Part shown: one piece after another, positions 38,401 through 50,400 of the stretch
Layout: each line of letters begins with the position of its first letter
How positions within the stretch are numbered: position 1 is the first letter of the stretch
Source of the DNA: Candidatus Omnitrophota bacterium
Lineage (GTDB): Bacteria; Omnitrophota; Gorgyraeia; Zapsychrales; Zapsychraceae
Reading direction: 5' to 3'
Assembly: GCA_015233195.1 (NCBI GenBank)
Contig: JADFYE010000006.1
Span: 6,699 to 70,698, forward strand
DNA length: 64,000 nucleotides
Translations under genes and position numbers: made by a program
Notes under the pieces: model-generated
Told to the model about the DNA's origin: nothing
The model's input: the letters and a program-made list of their open reading frames with translations, nothing else
The model's database searches: none

Positions 38401-41400
38401 AAAGACGGGATTATATCCACATTATTATTACCGGGTGATAAGCAATTCGTACGGGTTGTAATTGACGAGCCGCAGACTTTTTTTGAGCAAGCTACCCGGA
38501 TTACCGCTCCAGGATACATGATGGAATATTTAAAGAAAAACCATCCTGATCAATACGCTTTAATGATGAAAGCCGCAAGTTTTATTAATCGCGTTGGAGC
38601 AGAGATTGAGAAACGTATAAACGCTGATCCAGATTTTATTGATAACCGTTCGATAGGTGAAGGGTCGTCAGTACAGAGCCGTTATGCTTATCAGATTAAT
38701 CGAAATAACATTGAGGCGATGAAAGGACTTAAAGAACTTTATGAGTCGGAAAAGCCGAATTTACCTGGGCAATACGCTGAATACGCTGATTTCTTGAGGT
38801 TTGCTGACGCGGTAGCTGATATTTACCGTTCTCAGGAAGAAAAGGATCACGACGCTGTTGTAACTATTGTAACTCCTGGAAAAACCGGATACACCAAAGG
38901 TCAGCAAGTATCTTATTCTGAATTTAAACAAAAGAATTCAGAACTTGCCGCAGCTAATCTGGAACAAGCAACTGCTGTTATGGGAGCGCAAGAGGACGTG
39001 GATAATCCTCAGAAAATGAGTCTCTATTCTATTCGTGATGAAGCCTGGAAATTACGTCCGAACACTATTCGCGGCGACCAGGAAAGTTCCAGCGTTTTAG
39101 TTGCTCGGTTAGCTCGGGCTTATGCCGCGGATCCAAATGTTTTGTATGGTAAGGGCGATGACAATGAAGACGTTAATCATGATATTGCAAACGCCCGTTT
39201 TACTAAGCCGACTAGAACAATCAATATTACGGAAGCAATTAATCATGCTCGGGCTGGTATCGGACGGGCACGGGTTGATTTCATGACTGGAACTGGTGAA
39301 GTGGTTAAGGATTCTTTGAAAGAATTAGGCGCTGAAACAGTGAGAGTTACGGAAGAACCATTGATGGATACTGAAGCAGCTGGAGATTTACGGATCGATG
39401 TATTAGATGCTCAGGCGGATAAATTAGCTAAAGCTTTTGAGGATGGTCAAGCGCTTCGTGCTGCGGCACAAAATAAGGGCGGAAAGTTATCGCAATTGTT
39501 TTTTGGTCCGGATCTTGATTTGCGTCCTTTAGCACAGAAATTCATAGCTGAGATTGGCGCGGATAAAGTGGTTTATATCGACGGGTTAGATCCAGTCAGA
39601 AATGAACAGATGGTCGAAGAAGTGGCTCAAAGATTAAGCAATGGTGAAGAGCTGGTGGTTTTATTAGCAGGCGACCCGACTGGACAGAATTTCTTGACTA
39701 CTTTTGGTAAATTGGAATTTGGAGCCACTCATTTGTTGGCTTTACGCGGCTTGACCAGTATGACCCAATGGTTAAAACGGGCTAAGTCAGAAAACCGTTT
39801 AGGCGCTGATAAGTTGGGATTGCCGACTTGGTATGTGACAGTTGATCTTAAAGATAATATGTTTTTATTGGCAGAACGAAAAATGATGCAGAACATGAAT
39901 CCGTCGCAGCGTAAAGCAGTTTTGTTGGCTGCGGCAAGCGATATAGACCATCAGATTTCGCACCGTTCAGTTAATTATGTAGCGCAGGTTACTCATCAGC
40001 GTCCGAATCGGGAAACCATTAAAAATTCTTTAGACGCTTTGCAGTACGGAGTGGTAAGAACCAAACAAGCAGCTGGATCAGTTTTATTAGCTCCGTATTT
40101 TAAAATTAAAGGGTTTACTAAAGCTCGTCAGGAAGTTATGGCGGATATTTTGGAGCAGAATGGGTTTATTCAGCAGGATATGTTTACGTCCGACGGTTTA
40201 CGTTTTATAGCTTTGATCAACGCGTTTTTATCAGTGGTGCATAATCAAAAGAAAAGTCCGCAGGAGATTTTTGACGCGGTTAAAAATTTACAGGCTCGAG
40301 GAATAAATACTCCTTTAGCTATGCGAACAGCAGTTTTCTTTGAACAGATCGGTTCGCCGCTAACTGACGCAGAGATTAATCAGATTCAAACTTCGACTCA
40401 AATTAATCCGGTTTTGGATATGGTGGTTAAGAAATTAGCTGGAAAATCTGTTTTGCAAGAGACCAAGGATATTTTAAAGCAATTATTAGAGAATCAGCAG
40501 GAGCAAGACAAATTAGACGAAGAATTTTTTAGAGCAGGCACCAAGATTCAATCTAAAGTTCAGGAGAGCGAAGCAAAACGCGCTGCGCAGAATCCGTATA
40601 CTATTGTAAACGGAAAGAAACAGAAGGTCGGGTTGTGGACGAGAATTACTGGTGGTTTAACATTTAGCTGGTTAGAAACGAAACGTAGACAGCTTCAGAA
40701 ACAATATTATGCCTTGTTAATCCAGTTTACACAGCAGATCGAGACCAAGCTGGCAGAAATAAATGCAGGCAAAAATGAACAGGATAAAATTTGGACTAGC
40801 GAATTATTTGAGGCGATTGGAATTGATATTCGATCTTTGCGCAGTGATGACAAGAAACATAAGGAAACAATTGAAAAATTATTCGCGCAGCTGCTTGAGC
40901 ATCAGAAAGTGTTATGGCAAATTAATAGTGTAACAATCGACGGCAGAGTGGTGGCGTTTGAAACTGTGGACGGAAGAGATGCGGGTGAGGATAAACAAAA
41001 GGTTCAGGCAATTTTGGATTATTTGAATTTAAAACAAGGCGATGAGGTTTTCCCTGCTTGGCGGATAGTGCTGCAAAATGTGAAACGGGTCAAAATCGTT
41101 ACTGATCAGGAAACTACAGAGCTGGTCTCTCTGGTAGAAGAAACTGTAGTTGATGCGGGTAAAATTTTAGTTTTAAGAATCAATATTGCCGCGCTAGATG
41201 AAAGCAATAAAGATACCTTATCAGCAGAGTTAAAGCGGATGGAAGCCAAATTTTTGGCAGATAACCGTCCAGTTGAGCAGAATAATCCGGGAAATGGTGA
41301 GAATCAAGAACCGCCTCAAGCCGGACAAGCTGCGCCAGTTAATCCAACTAATTTGCCTACCGGTACTTTGCCAAATACTCCGGCAGTGACGCCTACTCAA

Positions 41401-44400
41401 GCAGGACCTGCGATGTTATTAGTGAGAGTAGAGCGTAGGCAGGATGAAACTGTTCAAGAGTATATTGAGCGGGCTGAGAAAGCAAGACAGGATGCTACTA
41501 GAAATAATGCAAGTGATACTAGCGATCATACTCCGCAAGGGGTATTGCCTGCGCCGGTTACTGCTCCAGTGGCAGGACCACAAGAAGTCGGAGACGCGCC
41601 TAAGACAGCACAGGTTAAGAATGTTAAACCTATGCCTAAACAGCCGGCAGTGGTAAGGAATCAAGCTTTACAACAATTAGCATTGAATGGAACAGCACAT
41701 AGAGGTGTAAATTCAGAAACAGCACAAACAGATGCAGGTAAACATACCGGTCCTGCGCCTCCAAGTTTGAAACGCAAGCTTTCTCGCGCTTTAGCCGGGA
41801 TAGCTCTTGTAGGAACGCTAGTTGTTGGCGGGTTTGTTGCGAATCCTTTGATAGATCGCATGCTGGGAATTAGAAGTGCAGTTGCAGCAAATGTAGTAAG
41901 TAGTGATGTAGATAGTCGTAGAAGCAGTGCAGTTGCAGTAAGTTCGCGCTCTGTTGCAGTTGAGCCGAATAGCTCTTTAGGCGGCGCGCCTGTTGTTCGC
42001 GCAGAAGAAACGAGTGTAAAAGGACCAGTATCAAATGTTGTAGGCACATCAAGTTCTAAAGGTGTGTCCGCTGCTCGGACTGTGAAGTCTGAGGGCGCTA
42101 ATCGTCGTGCGAATGGCGATGCAAGAAGAGTCGTAGAAGATGCAAAAGTTGTTGGAGTAAAAGCAGGCGTAGTAAGTAAGTCTGCTAAAGCAGGCAAGGT
42201 TAGTCCGAGCCGTGCTGATAAAGTGGGTGAGAATAGTAGATCGCGCCCTGTAGCAGTTGGGCCGAATAGCTCTGTCGTCTCTGGTTCGCCAGTTGACGTA
42301 AAACGTTCTAATGTAAAAGCAGCTCGTGAACCTAGTAGGGTTCCGGGTGCGGGTCAGCAGGTGCAGATAGCACGTAGTCAAGCAGTAACCAGTGCTACTG
42401 TATCAGGTTCTGTAAGTATGAACCAAGCTGGTACTCGTTCAAATGATGATCAGGTTCCTGGAGTGCAGGAAGTTGCTGCCACAGTTGAAGCTGTAACAGA
42501 TTCTCAGACTGCGTCGTCAGCATTAAATACGACAACTGCTGAGAATACAGGTTTAACCAGTGCGACAACTTCAAGCACAGAAACTACAGGAACTCAAAGT
42601 ATAGATTCTGTGTCAACCTCAAGCGTGGAAGAAGCGCCTGAGGCTTCTCGTCGTTCATTCGTTGGATCTTTAGTTTCCAGCTTAGTTCCTAACGTTGTTC
42701 AATCTGCTGTTTATGATATTCCCTCAGCTATTCATGGAATTGCCACTGCTTCTATGGCGGAGAATTTGTTTGCAGGTATTGCGGCATTAGCGCTTTTGAC
42801 TGCAGGTATTTTATCTTTCCGTAAATTCCGTAAAGAAGTTCTGGATGGGGATAAAGGCTTTTTCGTTTGGCTGCGTTCGAGTCATGGAAAAGCCAGAGCA
42901 TTGATGTTTGCTTTCCTTTTGTTTGTGCCAATGAAAGATAATCAGAATAATAAACGTAGTGTGACCGTGACCCGCGTATTAAATAAAGATTCTTTTCCGG
43001 GAATAACAGATACAGCTTTTACTACTTCTGGTTTCACTGTAGTGTCCGATGCTGAAAGCACAGCTACAGCTAAAATCACTACTTCACCGATAACTTTAAG
43101 AAAAGTTCAAGTTGCTGTAGATGACAATACCAGCACTACAAAATTATCTCCGAAACAAATAGCAGAAATTAAAGCTAACCGCGAAAAAGCTCAGGCAGAT
43201 TTCAAAAAGCTGTTGCAACAGATAAATGAAATGCCGGCGAATAACCAAAAATTAAGCGCAGCTATCGCAAAAGCTTTATCCGCTGCTGAAACTTTGAATT
43301 ATGAAGATCTGATAACTTTAGGCGCTAAATTTGATTGGAACAAAAATACTGGAGTAATTCCAGGAATGACTTTTGGCGGAAAATACGGTCCTTATGGTGA
43401 GTTAGTGATGAGTTTGGCAGGTATGAAAAATGTGGTAGCGGTTGATGGTGTGGCTAGCGGAATGATCTGGGCGGATTTAGCTAAAAAGATATTGAATATT
43501 TTCAACGCGCAGGAATTTGAAGAGATCACTCGTAACGGCGGCATCATCCATGTTACCCGTCAAGGTCCGGATGGAATACGTTTATGGATATTTAATTTAA
43601 AAGGGGAAGGACAAGCCTTAATTGATTTGAATAATATTACTGATATCGGCGGCGAAGTTAAATTAGGCGGGTTAAATGTTATCGCGAATGTGAATCCGTT
43701 GAATTGGAGAAAAATGGGGAAGATCGCTGCTCCGAAAGTTGATGCTGAAGTTGGGTTAGGCCGCGCTAAATTAGGAATAGGCACGACTGTAGTAGAACAA
43801 AATTCTCCGATCAGCGAACGCGGTGCTGACGCTTCTCCTATATTCAAAGGCGAATCCCGGATGATCAAAATTAATCTTCCGGGCGATACTATCAAAGCTT
43901 TAATGCAAGGTTTAATGGAACAACGGTTTAATGAATATCCGGCGATTGTCATCCAGAGTGAAGAAATGAGATTCTGGTACAGCACCGCAGTAGCTAATGG
44001 TAATTGGAAATTGGTATTCTTTACTGAAAGAGACGGTGAAAATCAACGGATATTCGTAAAGAACGTAGGAACAAAGAGTGAAGTGTTGAGCGGATGGATG
44101 GGTGTTAATGTGTCGGTTGCTCCGGGTGAGAAAAGAATTTTAGCAGAACAAAAAATGTTCACGCCTGAAACCCAAGCGTTTTTGAATAGTCCGAAAGTTA
44201 ATTTATGGGCGAAAGAAGGAATTAATCGCGTGTTCGGGTTAAAAGATCTTTGGGCAAGTCAAGTTTCTAATGCCGCGATCGCAAAAGGCTGGGGCGTGGT
44301 AATTGATCCGGTTACTGGCGAGATTAAACATCTTATTAAAGGTGCTGAAGATATTGGTTTAGGCGTCAAAATCATGATGCCGGAAATGAAAGACGGACAA

Positions 44401-47400
44401 TATACCGGAAAAGATGTGGAAGTATTACAAACTTTAGACGGTAATTTAGTAATGACTGGTGTCAAATCTGCTTTATGGGAAAAAGCTTTTAGAGAAGGAC
44501 AGACCGGGAAGGCGCGTGGCGCCGGGGTTGAGGTTATGGTTTCAGAAGCTCGTTTGATAGGGTTAAACGGAACAATATTATTAAGCAAAGATGAAGCCAA
44601 GAAAAATTATGTGGTATACAAGGTTACTAACGATAATGATCCGGTTGCAATAGGTGTCGGCGATAAAGTAGTGGTATTTGAAGAAAATACCTTGGTCGCT
44701 TTTGACCAGAACGGAAAATTCGCGGGCATATTAGAGTTTGCCGCGCCTAAAAATATTGAAGTTAAGAAAACTGAAGAATCCAAAGCAAAGCCTGCTAAAA
44801 AAGTTGTTAAATCTTCTGATAAAGTCAGAGCAAATCGTAAATCTGTGAAAGAAGAAACCGTTGCAATCCCGCAAGGACAAACTCCTGAAGTTGAAAAAGG
44901 CATTTGGAAACGGACTTTAGAAAAAGGATCGATTTTACAATTAGGTTCTAATTATGTTCAGATCGGCGGACGCAAAGGTTCTCCGATGAATGTTAGCGGC
45001 GGCATTGTTTGGCCGGTTATGAATGTTGCCCCGTCGGTTACTCAGGTTGCCAGCGCTACCAGCACCCATAATTTTGGACCGGGCAGCACCGTAACTATCG
45101 CAGACAATAAGACGCAGACGATAACCAGTAAAGAAAAATATGCTGCAGTTGATTGGAAACAGATCGGGGTTCAAGTAGGCATTGGGGATATGATCCGTTT
45201 CGGACGGAATAATAATCAATTAGCCGAAAAAATGAGTCAAGGCGGAAGAGTTATCAATGGCAGAACCTATGGTTCTATCCGTCAGACCGGAAAAGTAATT
45301 GACCAGATAACCGCGCGAACAATTAAATCCGTTGGTTCTATAGATTTATATGGTACTGCAGCCGCGTTTGAAAAAGCTAAAGACAGTTTAGATGCTCAGC
45401 TTTTCAGCGATATCGGCATGAGCAAAGACATAGTCCAGGTGGTTAAAGACGGAAAAATATTTGCTAAAAAGAATGTTGAGACAGGAAAATATGAATACGC
45501 GATAGCAGATGCTAAAGGTAATAAGCACATGTTGGAAGTTACCGACGAAGGATTTGCCTCGTTAACTGCTTATAAAAATTCAAAAGATATTGTAGGGTTT
45601 GCTTATGAAGTTCAGGCTGACGGCTGGTCAAAGACTATTCCAGTTTTAAAGAGAGAAGATGTAAAAACTGCTCAAGTTAAACAAGATGGCAAATTCGTTT
45701 GGCAGCAAAAAGATGGTCAATATGTAGCTACTGATTTTGATATGAATTCTCCGCAAGGTCAGGATCTTTTGTTAGATGGATTTACTGCAGTAATTATGAA
45801 TGTTGACGCTAAAGGCAATGTTATTGAGTTAGGTGATAACGCTGAAACAGTTTGGACACCAAAAGCAAAAACTCCTGCTGCACAACCAGCTCCGGTTACA
45901 ACTACACCGGCTGATAAAACCACTACAGCGTCTGACGAAACTGGAACTAAAACTGCAGCATTGTCAATTTTACCTTTACCTGAATATCAACCGGTTGGCA
46001 CATTCGCGCAGATTGCAAAAACTTCCTTAAAATCACCAAAACCAGTTAAAGCTGCAGAAGCAAAATTAGTTAATAAAATCGTTAAACTTGTCGAAGGACA
46101 GACCATTGGACAAATCGTTCCAGACGATAAATTAGAAGCAGCTATTACTGAAGATCCTACAGCAATGTATCAGCGTATAGTCATTAAAGGTGAAGACAGC
46201 CAGATAATCGAAAGATATTATTACGACGCTGATAATGACATTATCAAAGTTGTTGACGTGGCAGCTAATACTGTTCGTAATTTAAAAGATGATCCTAAAA
46301 CAGCTAAGCCGATTAAAGATTTAGGTAAGTTCTCAATTGTAGAGAATGGAAAGGTAGTATTTAAAATCAAATTGAGTCAAGATCCTGAAGGAGTAATTCG
46401 CGGGGTTAACGCAAAGGGTCAAGAAGTGTTGCGCGTATACGTTAGAGAATATGAAAGTGTGGCTGTGATTAAATTGAATAATACGCAGGCTGCAATATAT
46501 CTTTGGGAAAATGGAAAGATCGGCGCAAAAATCGGTGAAATTATCACAGTTAAAGGTGATGAAAAAAATCCAACCGTGAATACTCGTCATGGAGCAGTGA
46601 CCATTGACGCGAATTTAATAAAAGGTAATAAAATTTTGGTTACATATGATGTCCGTTCCCAATCTGAAACAGTGGAAATTTATAATGGACGCGGACAAAA
46701 ATTAGCCGTGTATGATCCTACAACCAGGGAAGCTTTGTTCTATGCTGCGGTTGGTAAAGCTCAAGAAAGTCATGAACTTTACCGGATCAGTATTGACGGC
46801 AATAATGGGGAGACGATCAAGATCAATGGCAAGCCGGTTTCGCATGTAACTGGTGTATTTGGAATTTATGAACAAGGAAGTAATAAAACAGCGATATTTG
46901 TGAATTTACGGGATATTCGTAAGAATCCGGATTTCTGGTTAGTGAAAAATTCACAATTTATCAAAGGTAGTTTTGCTAAGACTGAAAAAGTAGGGTATTT
47001 GGCAGTTGATGCTGATATGCAAAACAAATTAGCGAAGGGGCAGTTAAGCCGAGAGGATATTTTAGCAGCAACAGCGCGTACTGTTTATAATTATACTGAT
47101 ATTAAAGATGCTGAAGGAAAAAAACGTATTAATAATGTTATATCCGGCGAAAAAGAAGAGACAGTTAAAATTATTACTAGAGCGCCAGCGGTGACGGTAA
47201 ATAGTGACGAATATTTAAGAAAACTTTGGGCTAACGAAGAGGTTAGAAATGCTTGGGCGCGCTATGGTGTAACGGCAAATACTAAAATGAGTGTTGCCTT
47301 TGTGGAAGAGGATCTTGAACAGGGATATCACATTATTACCCGCGATTATCGTTTAGAAAACGACTCGACTGAAAAAGTTTTTGCCAGCATCCGGCTTGAA

Positions 47401-50400
47401 AATAATTTTATAGTTAAGGTTATAGCTGGAAAAATATTTAATATGGTTACCGGGGCAGCACTGGAATCGTATGGATTTACAACAGACTTAAAACAGATCA
47501 AGTCGAGATTTGTGACAGAGGAGACAATAGGAGAGCAGATTGTCGAAATTATTACGCCTCGAATAGCTAAGATCTATGCTGCCCTGGCTCACCGCAGATT
47601 TAATGATTTTAAAATTACCCCATCGGATTCAACCAGTAATTTGTTGCAGTTGTATCCGTTTACTAAAGGGAATAAGAATTATTCCGGAGCGTTGGCAGAC
47701 GTCGCTGTCTCTAAGAAAACAATACCAACAGTTGTATTGGAATATCAACGCTTAATGGAAACAACCGGATATTCTGATAAGGGATATCAATCTATTAAAG
47801 GGCAATTAGAAAATTATTGGAGAGAGTATGAGTCTGTATCTACCGAAAGCACCAAGCGAGATATTTTACAGAAGATGGCAGCTGTTATCCGTAATTTTGA
47901 GAATGGGGCAACTAAATATTCAAACGTAGAAGCTGCTCCAGTGAAGCATTATTTGTTGCCAAATGATTCACGCGGTCGTGATTTAGCCCGCGCATATCCA
48001 AATGGTGATGTTGCTGTAGATATGTGGTGGTTAGAGGGGGATAACGTTATTGTTAAGAATGGCATTTACGAGGAAGTTTTAGAACAATTTGGTATTTTAC
48101 CGGGTTCGTTCGTGGTAAATAATTCCGGCAAGTTAGCTAGCGCGTCGTTATTAAAAGAAGATACAACAGTAAGCGCCATAAATCCTGCAGGCGATTGGTC
48201 AGTTTTTAAAGGACACCAATATCATGTATTAGATTCTAATATTAAGAAGAGCAATATTTATACGGTCGGCGGTATGTTGGTTGCGGAAAAATTTGACCAT
48301 GTAATTCTTCGGGTTGCGAAGGAAATTTTCGGGGTAGCGACTAATGGGGAAGAGTTAATTACATATGACGCGTTCGGTCCTAAGCCGATGCCATTATTCG
48401 GAACCATGATCACGGATGATAAAACTGTGACGTTGAATAACGGACAGGAAGATAATCGTTCGAGATTGACTATGGTTCAGTTGGATCAAAAATATACTTA
48501 TGATCGGAAGAATGTTGCGATAGGTGAAGGTAAAAAAATCGAAGCGGTTGGTTTAGGGCCACACTTAAAACAAGTTATGGGTACAAAAACCGAGGGTGAA
48601 AAAGTTTTATCGGAGAGCCGCGAAAATATTTGGGGCGAATGGGGAGAGACACTTACAAATAGTTTTAAAGCAGCAGCTCCGTATTTGGAATGGATCACGA
48701 TTGGTTTAATTTTGATGAATTTCATACTGCCTATTGTTGGTTTATTATTCCAGCGTAAACGAAGTAAAAGTTTAATTGAAAAAGTTTATGATAAAACAAT
48801 CGGGAAATTTTATGGTTGGTATTATTCAGGGTTTAATAAATATCGCAGTGAAAATCCATACGTTGAAGCGTATCGTATTTGGCTTGATCTTACTGGTAGA
48901 AAAGATTCTTGGACGAATGAGCTTGATATAGAGCAGGCTTTTGAAAAAATTTACAGAATGGCTAATCGGCTTAAAGATGCCTCGGATTTTATTAATTATT
49001 TAATGTTTTTATCGCGTACGAACAACAATGTAAAGATAGAAGACCACATTAAATTAATGGATGATTTGATCTCCGCAAATCAACAATTCGCTAAAATTAA
49101 CGGAGATCTTAGTGTTTCATATTGGGTAACATATGATGACATTAATAAAATGTTCCGGACTAAAGAATTTTTAAGAAGATATGAACAGTATGGTATTGAG
49201 GCTTATAGAACTTATGTTAACGCATTGAACCAGCGAGAAACTATCGGACAACTTCAAGCAAGTAAACTCACAGTTCAAGAGCTTAAAATTCTTCATTTGA
49301 AGACTGATTCGCAGGCTGCTTTAGACATAGCTAAAAAATATGGTGTAAGCGTTCAGAATGAAAGCTTGCTTTGGAAGGTTTATTATTCTCCCATCGGCGG
49401 AGCTTTCGCGGTTAAAGGGTTTATTGGGGTACTGGGCGTTTTATTCAAACAAGCCGCGATTTTCCCAGTAATGTTATTAGTGCTTTTATCTGTTTATATC
49501 TCAATGCCAACAGCAGTGATCATTATTTTTACCGTAGGTGGCGGGATAGGAACAATATTATTTATTTTGAACGCTCTTACCAAGAATCAAGACCGATTAA
49601 AGACACCAGCTTTAATTGTTCGTGTCTGGGGCAGAATTTTTAATGGATTTACTTTATCATTAGCTGCTTTGTACTCAGCCGGATTATATGTAGGAGTTGC
49701 CGGTACCGTCGGAGCATATACAGCAGTTTTTGTGGGGTTACTGGGTATATTGCTTGGAAGTTATGCGCTGATTGATAAATATACGTCGGTTAAATTCAAT
49801 GCTCCGACCGATGATGAAGGACATGCTCCTTTACGGGATTGGAAATGGTTTAAAGAAATACAAATTTCTACTTTTATGGTGGTCACCAGTTTTGCCGCAA
49901 AATTTGTTTGGAACTTATGGATGTTTAAATGGCTATTGAAATCTGCTGCACTTGTTGCCGGCGGCACGTATGTATTACCCACTTCGATATTGCTTTTGTG
50001 GGGAGTATACGCAGTGATTTACTATGTATTAAGAGCTGGGAAAGCAAAAAAATTATGGCATACAGAAGCATTTTTAAACGCATTGTTTTTCTTGGGGTTA
50101 GCTGTTGGTTTATGGCAACTCGGTGCAGTGGTTTTAACCGGGTTGATGCTCTATCCATTTGTGATGTTCTTTTTGGTAGATACATTTTTCTTTTTCTATG
50201 TGTTGGAAGCATTACTTGGTTTTATCTATGGCAGATTTTTAGGATTAGGAACGATCACTTCTTGGCCGACGGTTAGAATCTTTAAATATATGGTTAAAGC
50301 GCAATTTAAGAATAAATTTATACCTAAAAAATTAGGTTTTAGTGAACAAGTTAAGGAACAAATCTGGCGTGAATTTTTAGTTGATGAAATGAAAACTTTA

